Positions 1 through 12,409 of a DNA stretch of 64,000 nt are shown piece by piece. Positions within the stretch are counted from its first letter, which is position 1, and every line of letters begins with the position of its first letter. The stretch is from the NCBI RefSeq assembly GCF_963921235.1, contig NC_086101.1:11782001-11846000 (forward strand), written 5' to 3'. The DNA comes from Mobula hypostoma. Lineage: Eukaryota. The notes under the pieces are model-generated. The model did not search any database. It saw nothing but the letters and a program-made list of their open reading frames with translations, and was not told the origin of the DNA. A program made the translations under genes and the position numbers.

Positions 1-153
1 CTGAATTTCCCGAAGATTTTTCTCCATTTTATCTATGATCTTCTCCTCTTGTGTCCTGAGATCTCTGATCAAAAGCTGTTCTTTCTCAGCGAGTTTCTTG
101 CGTATTACAGCAAAGACTGCTGCGACGTGGGATTGTAAACAGCGTGACTGGCC
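1..153 (-). CDS. TRIM-A exon 3 (coiled coil, cut by window edge)
   Basis: TAG|GGC acceptor; GQSRCLQSHVAAVFAVIRKKLAEKEQLLIRDLRTQEEKIIDKMEKNLREIQ is open to position 1 and homologous to exon 3 of TRIM-C/D. Confidence 0.9.
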
Positions 154-234
154 CTATTAAATAAAATGCAAACATGGTTATGCAGCGCCGTGAATGAAAG
201 ACCCAACCGATATCTCAGAAAATCAGGAGTTTAC

Positions 235-330
235 CTTAATCTCAGAAATCTTAATTCTTTGTTGCTTCTCCAGTTTTAGAATTCCCAGTATTTGCTGCGT
301 AAGTGCTTTCAGGGAAGATTCCGCCGGATC
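235..330 (-). CDS. TRIM-A exon 2 (coiled coil)
   Basis: CAG|GAT..AAG|GTAAAC; 96 nt; DPAESSLKALTQQILGILKLEKQQRIKISEIK; same size as exon 2 of TRIM-C and TRIM-D. Confidence 0.9.
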
Positions 331-410
331 CTGGAGTGTGAAAGAAAATTATCGAAAGAAAGAGTTCAAGAGTAAGTTTGACCTGGAAAGGTGATGAAAC
401 TCCATTTTAC

Positions 411-821
411 CTTGTAAGTTTCCAAAGCTTCTTTAATCGGCAGGAAGCGGTGCTCTCTGTGTTCCCTGGCGTCTCTACAGATCAGGCAGAGCAGTTTCTT
501 GTCAGTTTCACAAAACAGCTTCAGTTCTTCCTCATGTTCCTCGCACTGAAGTTTATTTCCCTTCTCTTTCGGGTTCAGGTTTAAATTTCGAGCTTTCTCT
601 GCCAGTCTCACCAAGGCCCGATTCGCTCTGAGGATTGTTTCCTGAAACTCCTCTCTACATTCCGGACAGGAGTTGTTTTCATCGCCTTCCCAGCACTGTG
701 TGATACAGGAGCGGCAGAAGTTGTGTCCACACTCCAGTGACACCGGATCGGTGAAGAAATCCAGGCATATCGGACAAATTAATTCATCAATCCAACTCTC
801 GACCTGTCCTTTCGAAGCCAT
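411..821 (-). CDS. TRIM-A exon 1 (RING + B-box2), TRIM39/TRIM27/A33-like family
   Basis: ATG at 821; C3HC4 RING (CPICLDFFTDPVSLECGHNFCRSCI..CPEC) and B-box (CEEH..LFC..CLIC..EH.EH); ends ETYK at AAG|GTAAAA donor; 411 nt, phase 0. Confidence 0.95.
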
Positions 822-825
822 GTTA

Positions 826-856
826 ATTTCCGGTAATGCAGTTTCCTTTGACTTTC
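826..856 (-). promoter_or_regulatory. IRF-like and ETS motifs just 5' of the TRIM-A ATG
   Basis: Minus strand reads GAAAGTCAAAGGAAACT..ACCGGAAAT..AACATG; motif match only. Confidence 0.4.
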
Positions 857-2639
857 GGGAGCTGCTGAACCCCTGCAGTACCGCGATTCTCCACTAAACA
901 TGCTGCAATACTGAGATAATCAGCACCAAATACATCATTTTGCAAACATCACACATCAAAGTTGCTGGTGAACGCAGCAGGCCAGGCAGCATCTCTAGGA
1001 AGAGGTACAGTCGACGTTTCGGGCCGAGAAAGGCGTGAATGTATCCTATTAAATCGCATCTAATCTCGGATAGGGGGAAGAATAGCGAAGCATTAAACAA
1101 CCTTGAATATAAATGAAGCATCATGTTCCGGTAAATACACTTTCAGCTGGGTTACACCCATTGTCCAAAACTGCATGTTTCCAGGTACATGTAATAAATA
1201 AACCCTTCATTCCTTCTTTCTTTCACTTCTTTTCTTCCTTTCTTCCTCCCTCCCTGCCTTCCTTCCTTTCTTCCTTCCTCTTTTCCTTACTCCCTTCCCT
1301 GTGTTCTGCTTGTTCGTCACACCGATGGGATGTCCGGTTCATCTGATGAGATATTGGACCTGTTCGACACTGGAATCCTCTCTTCCGGTTCTGTGTTTGG
1401 AAACTGGCATGAGACAGTTTGACTGGTCCAGAGTTTTCCCTAGTCTTTTCTTCGGCCCCTTAATCCCCCCCACACACACACACACACCCCCACCTCCGCG
1501 CCCTATTTTGCATTCCTTCACTTGCATTTATTGGTGTAAAGTTACTTCAAAGTTAAAGTTATTATGAAAGTTAATGCAAAACTGAAATTCATTTTCTTGT
1601 GGGCATACTCAATAAATCCATAACGACCATAACAAAATCAATAAAGACCGCAGCAACCAGTGTGCAAAAGACAACGAATTATGTAAATACAAAAACAAAG
1701 AAAGAATAATAACAAATAAATGAACAATAAATCAAAGGTCCAATTTAATGTTAGAGAAATGATACAATATACACCCCGAAATGCTTTTTCTTCACAAACA
1801 TCCACAAAAACAGAGAAGTGCCCCAAAGAATGTATGACAGTTAACCGCGAGAACCCCAAAGTCCCCCCCAGATCCCCCCTCCCATGCGTAAGCGGCAGCG
1901 AGCAACAATCCCCCCTCCCCCCACCGGCAAAAAAACAAGCATCAGTACCGCTACCGAACACTCAAGTGTGAGCAAAGCACATGCTGGAGCCTGAGGCGAC
2001 ACAGAAACCATATGGCTCCCTCATCTGCCTATCACTACCCTCAACTGAATCCCCACATTACCCACCAGCTCTTACTCCACCCATCTCCACCATTTTTAGT
2101 GGCTTTCTCCCCTCTCTCTTTCCAGTCCTGATGAAGGGTCTGGATCTGAAATGCCAGCTGTCCGTTTCTCTCCACGGATGCTGCCCGACCTGCTGAGTTC
2201 CTCCAGCAGTGTGTGTGCCTCTCCCACCACTGTCTTGAGGGTTTTCAGAGCCTGAGCCTCAACTGGCCTCTTGAGGTGAGAGTTCCAAATATTCCCTGTC
2301 TGCCAGTGAAGAAATTTCTTTGCATCCTAGTGCTTAATGGCAAATCCTCTTCTAATATATCATCAAGGATAAACAAAAATTACTTCATCCACTCTACATT
2401 TGGAAGCAGACCAATCTTCGGCCCGAAACGTTGACTGATCGTTTCCACAGATGCTGCCCGACCTGCTGAATTCCTCCAGCGTGTTGTGAGTGTTGCCCTA
2501 TTCATCCATACTAATGTTTCTCTGTTGGAAGGGGTATGGAGGGCTATGGTCCCAAAGCAGGTCAATGGGACGAGGCAGATAAATGGTTCAGCACGGACTC
2601 GATGGGTTGAAGGGCTTGTTTCTGTGCTGTAGTTCTGCC

Positions 2640-2950
2640 TAATCAGAAATCTGTACTGGGAACAATCTGCCACTGTAAGAATAGATGGAGAAGTGAGTCA
2701 GTTTATGAAAATCAAGAGAGGCGTTAGACAAGGGTGTGTTTTCTCCCCTGATTTGTTTAATGTATACAGTGAACAATATTACAAAAATAAGAGACATCTT
2801 GGGAATCAAAGTTGGCGGTGAAAACATCAATAATTTCAGATATGCGGAAAAAACTGTGTTAATTGCAAGGATGGAGGAAGAACTACAAAACTTAATTGAT
2901 ATAGTTGTTGAAGAAAGTGCAAAACTGGGTCTATCTATCAATCACAAAAG
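2640..2950 (+). mobile_element. RTE-clade LINE reverse transcriptase fragment
   Basis: Frameshifted LIRNLYWEQSATVRIDGE..KRGVRQGCVFSPDLFN..GIKVGGENINNFRYA..LGLSIN, typical of RTE RT. Confidence 0.75.
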
Positions 2951-3289
2951 GTGAGGTTGTGCTCATGGCTTTAATGTCCATTCAGAAATCAGATGTCAGA
3001 GGGGAAGAAACTATTCCTGAATCATTGAGCCTTCCTGATGGTAGCAATGAGAGGAGTGCATGTCCTGGGTGATGGGAATCCTTACAGATGGACACCGCTT
3101 TTTTGAGGTACCATTGCTTGAAAATATCTTGGATACTATAGAGGCTAGTACGCATAGCAGAGCTGACTAAGGTTACAAATCTGCAGCTTATTTTGATCCT
3201 GTGCAGTATCCCCCATATGAATTATTATGACATTGCATTAAATTTAGTAAATTTTGTGAGTGTTTTATTATGTCTTTTGTTTACTTCAG

Positions 3290-3312
3290 GAGGGATCCTG
3301 TCAGAAGAGGAG
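3290..3312 (+). CDS. Orphan TRIM exon 4 (23-nt microexon)
   Basis: TTCAG|GAGGGATCCTGTCAGAAGAGGAG|GTAGG; 23 nt like exon 4 of TRIM-C/D; paralogous to 24183-24205. Confidence 0.65.
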
Positions 3313-3404
3313 GTAGGACAGATTCTTAGCTGAAACCCTTCAGAACTTTGTAACATTAATGAAGGAACCTGTCCAAGTTAAGTCAAACCTTGTAATATTC
3401 ACAG

Positions 3405-3517
3405 GGTTGGAGATGACCAGACACCTCCAGTCATGGATGGGGCTCTCATGATGGAAGAATTCACTGGATCATTACCATTCCCAGTGTGGAGGGAAATGTT
3501 CGATGACATACATTCTG
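3405..3517 (+). CDS. Orphan TRIM exon 5 (pre-PRY linker), open frame
   Basis: CACAG|G..TCTG|GTAAAT; 113 nt; VGDDQTPPVMDGALMMEEFTGSLPFPVWREMFDDIHS, homologous to TRIM-C exon 5 (..IEKFNGPIQYVTWKEMIDSLNP). Confidence 0.65.
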
Positions 3518-3544
3518 GTAAATATCATATGATTTATTTAATCG

Positions 3545-5660
3545 GAATCAGAATCAGGTGTCGTGAAATTGGTAGTTTTATGACAGTAGTACATCGTAAT
3601 ACATAATAATAACACTATAAATTACAACAAGCATATATAATTAATTAAATAAGTGGTACAAGGTGAGAGAAAATACAAAGGCAGCTTTCATGGATTCATT
3701 GTCAATTCAGAAATCTGACAACGAGGAGGGTGGGGGAAGCTGTTCCTGAAACAATTAGTGTGTGCCTTCAGGCTCCTGTACCTCATCCTTGATGGTAGCA
3801 ATGAGAAGAGGGCATGTCCTGGGTGATGTGGGTCCTTAACGATGGACACTGCCTTTTTGAGACATTGCCTTTTGAAGGTGTCATGGATGCTCGGGAGACT
3901 GCTGCCCATGATGGAACTGGCTGAGTTTACAACTTTCTGCAGCTTATTCTGATCCTGTGCAGTGGCCACTTCATATCTGCTGGTGATGCAAACAGCTAGA
4001 ATGTTCTCCAGGGTACCTCTGTAGAATTTTTCAAGTGTCAACAGTTTTGGGCCCCATATCTCAGAAAGGATGTGTTGCATTGGAGAGAGTTCAGAGGAGA
4101 GTCACAAGGATGATTCCAGGAATGAAGGGGTTAACATATGAGGAGCATTTGGCAGCTTTGAGCCTGTACTCACTGGAATTTCAAAGAATGCTGGGTGGTG
4201 GAAATACGATTGAAATCTACCAAATGTTGAAAGGACTAGATAGGGTGGATGTGGAGCAGATGTTTCCTAAGGTGGGGGTATCCAGAACTAAAGGACCTCA
4301 AAATTGAGGGGGGGGGGGAACTCTTAGAACATAAGTAAGGAGGAATTTTTTTATCCATAGAGTAGTGAATCTGTGCAATGCTCTGCCACAGACTGCGGTG
4401 GAGGCCAAGTCCGTGGGTATACTTACAGCGGAAGTTGATAGTTTTCTAATCGCTCAAGGCATCAAAAGATATGGTGAGAAGGCAGGTGTATGGGGTTGGG
4501 TGGGATCCGGGATCGGCCATGATGGAATGGTGGAGCAGACTCGATGGGCTGAATGGCCTAATTCTGCACCTATGTCTGATAGTCTTATGGTCTTTGGTGA
4601 CATATTCTCCTCGAACTTCTAATAAAATATAGCCACTTTCATGCCTTCTTTGTAATTGCATCAAAATGTTGGCCAGGGACAGTTCCTCAGAGACGTTGAC
4701 ATCCAGGAAATTGAAACTTCACTGCCTTTTCTCCTTCTGAATGGTGTGTGAACCATCGACTTCCCCTTCCTGAATTCCACTATCAATTGCTTGGTCTCAC
4801 TGACGTTGAGTTCAAGGTTTTTACTGTGACACCACTCAAATCACTGATCCATCTCACTCTCATCATTATCTGAAATTCTGCCAACAATAGTTGTGTCATC
4901 AGCAAATTTATAGGTGGTATTGTGTCCTCAGCACATTTATAAGCTATGCCTAACCACACAATTGTGAATGTGGCAAAAGCAGAGCAGTGGGCTATGCACG
5001 CATCCTTGAGTTCACCAGAGCTGAATGTCAGTGATGAGATGTTATTTCCAATCCGCACTGACTGTGATATCCTGATGAAGAAATCAAGGATCTAGTTGCA
5101 GAGGGAGGTACCAAGGCCCAGGTTGTGGAGCTATCTGAGCAGAACTGAGGGTATGATTGTTTTGAACACTGAGCTGCAGTCAAAACAGCAGCCTGAGGTA
5201 AGTATTACAATTGTCCAGGTGATCCAGGGCCGAGTGGAAAGCCAGTGAGTTTGCACCTGCTGTTGACCTATTGTGGCAATAGGGGGTCCAGGTCCTTGCT
5301 TAGGCAGGACCTGGACCTGATTCTGGCCATGACCAACACCTCAAAGCATTTCATCACAGCAGACGTGAGCTACATTGTGGCGAAAGTCTTTGAGGCAGCT
5401 CATCCTGCTCTTCTTGGACACTCGTATGAATGTTGCCCTTTTGAAGCAGGTGGAAACCTGCGACTACAGCATTGATGATGTCCTTGAACTGGTTGGCACC
5501 GGTTTTCAGCAACCTACCTGGGTATACCATCAGGACCTAACTCCCTATGAGAGCTCATCCTCATGAAAGATGTCCTGATGTCTACTTCCGAGAGAGGGAG
5601 ATCACAGGGTCAGCGGATGCTGCAGGGATTCACATAGATGTCGCTTTATTTTCCTTGCAA
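3545..5660 (-). mobile_element. Degenerate Rex1/Babar-like LINE, split by a CR1 insertion at ~4038-4595
   Basis: KFYRGTLENIL..CIT..KDPHHPGHALFSLLPS..YRSLKAHT..FRNSF ORF2 C-terminus; RT remnants at 4780-5060; host reads continuously across the CR1. Confidence 0.75.
4038..4595 (+). mobile_element. CR1 LINE 3' fragment
   Basis: ALERVQRRVTRMIPGMKGLTYEE..LYSLE; CR1 3'UTR ending TCTTATGGTCT. Confidence 0.85.
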
Positions 5661-5744
5661 AGTGTGAGGATCTGCTTACTCCAGTGATCTGCAGGTAACT
5701 GTTGTTGGAAGACGCTCTGTTTCCAAGTGGGTTGAGAGCGTCTT

Positions 5745-7678
5745 AAAATATAGAACAGTACAGCACAGTATAGGCCCTTCGTAATGTTGTGCCGACCCTC
5801 AAACCCTGTCTCCTATATAACCCCCCACCTTAAATTCCTCCATATACCTGACTAGTAGTCTCTTAAATTTCACTAGTTTACCTGCCTCCACCACTGACTT
5901 AGGCAGTGCATGCCATGCACCAACCATTCTCTGAGTAAAAAACCTCCCTTTAATATCCCCTTGAACTTCTCACCCCTTACCTTAAAGCCATGTCCTCTTG
6001 TATTGAGCAGTGGTACCCTGGGGAAGAGGCGCAGGCTATCCACTCTATCTATTCCTCTTAATATCTTGTATACCTCTATCACGTCTCCTCTCATGCTCTT
6101 TCTCTCCAAAGAGTAAAGCCCTAGCTCCCTTAATCTCTGATCATAATCTATACTCTGTAAACCAGGCAGCATCCTGGTAAATCTCCTCTGTACCCTTTCC
6201 AATGCTTCCACATCCTTCCTCTAGTGAGGCGACCAGAACTGGACAGGGTACTCCAAGTGTGAAGTAACCAGAGTTTTATAGAGCTGCATCATTACCTCGT
6301 GACACTTAAAATCTATTCCTCGACTTATGAAAGCTAACACCCCATAAGCTTTCTTAACTACCCTATCTACCTGTGAGGCAACTTTCAGGGATCTGTGGAT
6401 ATGTACCCCCAGATCCCTCTGCTCCTCCACACTTCCAAGTATCCTGCCATTTACTTTGTACTCTGCCTTGGAGTTTGCCCTTCCAAAGAGTACCACCTCA
6501 CACTTCTCTGGGTTGAACTCCATCTGTCACTTCTCAGCCCATTTCTGCATCCTATCGATGTCTCTCTGCAATCTTTGACAATCCTCTACACTATCTACAA
6601 CACCACCAACCTTTGTGTCATCTGCAAACTTCCCAACCCATCCTTCTACGCCCACATCCAGGTCATTAATAAAAATCACGAAAAGTAGAGGTCCCAGAAC
6701 CAATCCTTGTGGGCACCACTAGTCAAAATCCTCCAATCCGAATGTACTCCCTCCACCACGACCCTCTGCCTTCTGCAGGCAAGCCAATTCTGAATCCACC
6801 TGGCCAAACTTCCCTGGATCCCATGCCTTCTGACTTTCTGAATAAGACTACCATGTGGAACCTTGTCAAATGCCTTACTAAAATCCATATAGATCACATC
6901 CACTGCACTACCCTCATCTACATGCCTGTTCACCTCCTCAAAGGACTCTATCAGGCTTGTTAGACACGATCTGTCCTTTACAAAGCCATGCTGACTGTCC
7001 CTGATCAGACCATGATTCTCTAAATGCCTATAGATCCTAAATCTAAGGATCTTTTCCAACAGCTTTCCCACCACAGATGTAAGGCTCACTGGTCTATAAT
7101 TACCTGGTCTATCCCTACTACCTTTTTTGAACAAGGGGACAACATTCGCCTCCCTCCAATCCTCCGGTACCATTCCCATGGACAACGAGGACATAAAGAT
7201 CCTAGCCAGAGGCTCAGCAATATCTTCCCTCACCTCGAGCAGCAGCCTGGGGAATATTGCGGCAGGCCCTGGGGACTTATCCATCCTCATGTTTTTTAAC
7301 AACTCCAACACCTCCTCTCCCTTAATATCAACATGCTCCAGAACATCAACCTCACTCATATTATCCTCATCGTCATCAAGTTCCCTCTCATTGGTGAATA
7401 CCGAAGAGAAGTATTCATTGAGGACCTCGCTCACTTCCACAGCCTCCAGGCACATCTTCCCACCTTTATCTCTAATGGGTCCTACCTTCACTCCTGTCAG
7501 CCTTTTGTTCTTCACATAATTGAAGAATGCCTTGGGGTTTTCCTTTACCCTTCTTATGCCCTCTTCTTGCTCTTCTCAGCCCCTTCTTAAGCTCCTTTCT
7601 TGCTTCCCTATATTCCTCAATAGATCCATCTGATCCCTGCTTCCTAAACCTCATGTATGCTGCCTTCTTCCACCTGAC
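5745..7678 (-). mobile_element. CR1 LINE, 5'-truncated, with RT domain (frameshifted)
   Basis: ORFs 6676-7515, 6221-6523 and 5873-6211: [63 protein letters not shown]. Confidence 0.95.
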
Positions 7679-7799
7679 TTCAGTGAATATTTCCGAGTTC
7701 TCACTAATTACCTTTCTCCTGGATCTCGCTGTGTTGATTTAAGTTTAAGAACTGCTTCTGTTCGAGAGACAGTTTTTTTTTGTTTTAATAACTAGGTGT

Positions 7800-8330
7800 C
7801 CGGTGCAGAGAGAAGTTCAAGAAAATACCGATCCTTTCTTACGCATGAACGGCGCAACCTCAGTGCAGTTTACAGCTCATTATCACGCTTGTATGCGCTC
7901 ATGCGCGGGCACAAACATCCAAAAAAGTTGTATCTGTCTGACTCAGTCACTCACATGCAGAACTGAGTGGAGGTAATGAAGCCCTTGAGTTGTTTCCTCT
8001 TTTTCATTCCCAGCCTTAGCTAATTCTCTGCTTCTTTCCCCGCACCCTGAATTCGGCATTGTAAAACCCCAGTGAGCCAGGAAATAAAACGGGTGTAGAT
8101 ACAAACATTGGGAGAATTTCTTTAAAAGGCTTTGATATCGGAAATGTTTAATTTTATCGTGTTGACTACACCCGTCAACAGAATAGAAGTTCCTCTGTGA
8201 AAATACGGACTTTGAAACAATTCCCCTTCCCGCGGGCTCCGCTGATTCAGCAGCTGGGGCTGGTTGTTTCAACCTTTATATATTCACATCAGCATTTCTG
8301 ATCCACAGCTTAGCTCTCCGGCTCTCCCGA
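7800..8330 (-). mobile_element. Possible degenerate hAT transposase C-terminal fragment
   Basis: ..KKF..FTMPNSGCGERS.. resembles the hAT dimerisation motif; weak, and no TIRs were identified. Confidence 0.3.
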
Positions 8331-8764
8331 TTCATAACCACGTTATGAATCATTCTGAACTCCCTTGATTCATAACCACGGCAGCATCGCGGTTCTTAAA
8401 CACTTAAAGGCGTGTTGATGCCTGCAATGCCCACTTTCTACAAATTAATTGATGTTATTTCACTTAGTCTCTCTGAATGTTGCGGAATGACGTTTTAAAG
8501 CGGCAGGTGTTTGAAATGAATTAAAAACCGAAGCACTCGCCAAGTCGTACGTTTTCTGTAAGGAGACATTAACGTTTAGATCCAGGACACTTCATTTAAA
8601 TTTGGTAAATGAAAAAAAAAGTTTACAGTAGTTTTCCATTGCAATGAGAGGTGAGAACATCCCTGATGCCGTTGCTATGGTGATCCCTTGTTCAAATCAT
8701 CCAGATGCCGAGGGCTATTCCCAAGGGAAAGCATGTACAAAATAGTTTGACATGACGGAAGCGG

Positions 8765-8945
8765 GGAAAGGAGAGAGAGAGAGAGAGATAAACGAAGAGA
8801 GGCAGGGAAGAGAGAATCGGAGAGAGAGAGGGAAGGGAAGAGAGGAGAGGGAGAAAGAGAGGGAGGGAGGGAAGGAGAGAGAGAAACGAAAAGAGGGAAG
8901 GGAGAGAGAGAGGGAAGGGGGAGAGAAAGAGAAAAGTAAAGGGGA
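8765..8945. repeat. GA-rich low-complexity purine tract
   Basis: Near-pure G/A run of about 180 bp. Confidence 0.9.
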
Positions 8946-9529
8946 TAAATGATGTGAAAGGCGAAGCGGTAAAAATGCAGGGCAGCTCAGGAAAAAGAAA
9001 AACTGATCTAATACTGCCGATGGATGTGCTGCCGTCGTACTGTCCTCTCTGTCACACAAATAGTGTAAGTGAGTTACGTTAAATGGCGACCTGAATATAG
9101 AGTCCAGCCGGCTGTCAAGTGCAAACATCGCGCCTCATTATCAGATCAGGTCTCTGTCATCAGATCTAATATAAGGCACGCCCCCTACTCCCTTGCATCC
9201 AATCAGCGTGGCAGTCGGATTGTGCCTGATTGGCCGAATTGTGTCAACGGGCTGGAGTTTGGAACAGGGAGCGAGCGAGCCAGCCAGCCCCGGAGACCGA
9301 GAGCTGCAACTTGGGCAAAGGCTGGAACACGGGCCGGTGCAGTGGTGAGGTTGAAGAGCCTGGCGGATATTCCATGAGGTGTTTCAGCTAGACGGAGGGT
9401 GCCCACCTTTTCCCCTCCGGGGAACGGGGCCTGTGCTATGTTGCTGCCTTCTGCTGTTGGATCTCAATGGCAGACACACAACACCTGCCGAACACATCGC
9501 AGAACGAAAGGTCCAGACCAGAAAAGGCA

Positions 9530-10715
9530 CCTTTTGATCCCAATCTTTGCTTCCTGCCAGTCAGCCAATCTTTAAATGTTCAGAGGCTCAAGTAAAGAAC
9601 ATCCACTGACTCTCCTTAGAATTCCAACAGATTTGTCAGGCAAGATTGTCCCCTAAGGACACTATGCTGACTTTGGCCTATTTTATCATGTGCCTCCAAG
9701 TACCCTTAAAATCTATCCTTAATAACGGACTCCATCTTCCCAACCACTCAAGTCAGGCTAACTTTCCTTTCTTCTGCATTCTTCACTTCTAAAAGATTGG
9801 TGTGACATTTGCAATTTTCCACTCCTCTGGAACCATTCCAGAATCTAGTGATTCTTGAAAGATCATCACTAATGCTTCCATAATCTCCTCAACTACATCT
9901 TTCTGAACCCCGCAGTGTAGTCCTTCTGGTCCAAGTGACTTATCTTCTTTCAAACCTTCAGCTTCCCAAGTATAGTAGTAGCAACTACACTTCTGCCCGC
10001 TGACACTCTCAAATTTCTGGCACACTGCTAGTATCTTCCACAGTGAAGATCGATGCAAAATACTTATTAAGTTCATCCACTATTTCTTTATCCCCTATTA
10101 CTATTTTTTCCAGTGGCTGAATATCCACTCCCATCTCTCTTTTACACCTTGTATATCTGAAAAAAGGTTTTGCTATCCAATTTTATATTATTAGCTAACT
10201 TGCCTTCATGTTACATCTTCTCTCTCCTTATGGCCTTTTCATTGCATTCTGTTTGTTTTTAAGAACTACTCAATCCTCTAAATTTCCATTAATGCTTGCA
10301 ATATTATATGCCCTCTCTTTTGCTTTTATTCTGCCTTTGACTTCCCTTCTCAGCCATGGTTGCATCATCCTCCTTCTTTGGGATGTATCTACGTTGCGCC
10401 TTCCAAATAGCTGCTCGAGACTCCAGCATTGCTGCTCTGCCGTCATCCCTGCCACTGCCTGCTTTCAACCATCTTTCACCAGTTCCTTTCTTATGCCTCT
10501 GGAATTCTTGTTACCCCACTGTAATACAGTATCTGACTTTGGCTTCTCCTTCTCAAGCTGCAGGGTGAATTATATCATATTATGATCACCAGCTCCTAAG
10601 GGTTCTTTCACCTTAAGCAATCTAATGAAATCTGGTTCATTGCACAATACCCAATCCAGAATTACCTGCTCTCTGGTGGGCTCAACCACAAGCTGCCCTA
10701 AAAAGCCATTTCATA
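9530..10715 (-). mobile_element. Old CR1 LINE fragments
   Basis: EALVMIFQESLDSGMVPEEWKIANVTPIF and QPWLRREVK remnants with many indels. Confidence 0.8.
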
Positions 10716-11595
10716 ACATTGCCTTTTTTACTTGCCTTTTCTATCTTGCTTTGTAATTTGTAACACAGATGTTAAAGCACAAATATCCACACAGTGATGG
10801 GGCAATGCAGGCCCTGTGCTCCAACAAGACCAGCCCAGCTGCAGTGCTCACCTACCTGGAGCTAATTTTCTGTGTTTGGCCAATATCCCTCTGAGATCTG
10901 CCACTCCAAGCACTTATCCAAGTGCTTTTAAAAGATACTGCCTCTTCCTCTGGCAGCTACTTCCATGTGCTCACCACCATCTGTGTCTTTCCCCTCATAT
11001 GCTCTCTCGTTGTGGACTCTCAACTCTAAGGATAGATTGTCGCTGTCATCTGTTGGTCGAGTTTGGGTCCCCACCAGAGACTTCTTTCATTGTCACTGGC
11101 AAGTCCTGGGATTGATACCGAACACTGAAGCCCAGAAGTCCGGGTCTCGTGGCCAAAGCCCCAAATCTGTGAATCTCTGTGAGTCTGCTGGGGACGTCGA
11201 AGGCCCAACGTCTGCAAGTCCGAGTCCACTGGAAGCTGGGTGCCGAAGATAGCCTGTCCTGGGATTAGAGGTATGCATGTGAGTGGGTGGGACTGAGGAA
11301 CAGGGCTAGTTTTGCTGCAGTTGCTTTGTCACTTGGTATGTTCTCTTTGGCTGTGTTCTGTGTTCTTCTGCTGAGCAATGTGCACATGCTAAGTGTGGCA
11401 ACACTTGCAGGCTGCCCCCAGCACATACTGTTAACTCAAACAACGCATTTCACTGTATGTTTCAATGTACGTGTGATAAATAAATCTGAATCTACTTAGA
11501 TCAGAACTGGTGACCAATTAAATCCAAGTTCCTGAAAAAGCTCTCTGATTCAAGATTATATAACAGCCTGTAGACTGGTGAGCGGTCCTCCCTGG

Positions 11596-11913
11596 GAGAT
11601 GACCTGGATTGTTTCATCTGCAGCTGACCCATCGTGAGACGATCTGGATTGCTTTCATCTGTGATTGACTCACCACGAGACGATCTGGATTGCTTTCATC
11701 TGTGATTGACTCACCACGAGACAATCTGGATTGCTTTCATCTGTGATTGACTCACCACGAGACGATCTGGATTGCTTTCATCTGTGATTGACCCACCGTG
11801 AGACGATCTGGATTGCTTTTGTCTGTAGCTGACCCACCAGGAGACGACCTGGATTGCATTAGTCTGTGATTGACCCACCACGAGACGACCTGGATTGCTT
11901 TTGTCCGTAGATG
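11596..11913. repeat. 41-bp minisatellite, about 8 copies
   Basis: Unit GAGACGATCTGGATTGCTTTCATCTGTGATTGACTCACCAC starting near 11596, then 11636, 11677, 11718, 11759, 11800, 11841, 11882. Confidence 0.95.
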
Positions 11914-12409
11914 AGAAACTGTTGAGTACTACTTACAGAAATGTGGCTCCAGGACAACATTTTATGTACCGCCAATCTTCAGGCCAGGACAGTCGGAGAC
12001 TTGTGCTGATGTACCGTGCTTTCGCCTTGGCCCTGGAGGAATGCTCTTTTATTTAGCTGTATATATGTGTACAGTTGAATGACAATTAATCTTGAATAAT
12101 GGTCCAAGAATTTGAATTTATTCTGAGCTCACAGACATCACCACTATGTGGCCTTTTCAGGAAACAATAAAACCCGGTTCAGCAGGACGGGCTGATTAAC
12201 CTTGCAACCAGCAGTGATTACTGTCAGTTTGCCAGGCAGCCTTGAAGTTCAGCACAACGTGGAGCCTGAAACAAAGGACTGTCTCAGCATTTGGCACATC
12301 GACCCAGCGTGCCCAGTTCAAGGAGTTGTGTTGATCAGCAGCCAGCCACTCTGAGGCCAAGCCAACAGTCCTCAAGGTGAAAATAAATTTAACTTGTATA
12401 CATTAACAC

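Noticed and set aside
366..410. ORF extension of TRIM exon 1 beyond the donor (also 29153-29266 and 61368-61418)
   Set aside because: Intron read-through; conserved GT donors and downstream 96-nt exons define the real structure.
1330..1410. CTGATGAG..GAAAC as a possible extra hammerhead
   Set aside because: No stem II closing onto GAAA and no compatible stem I/III; the CTGATGA sits in a local palindrome.
8715..9128. S/L/F/P-rich and E/R-rich ORFs (also 56807-57099)
   Set aside because: Translations of GA/CT low-complexity DNA.
11596..11913. CRISPR-like array (also 36021, 42552 and 53417)
   Set aside because: Head-to-tail repeats without unique spacers, no cas genes, and a eukaryotic context.
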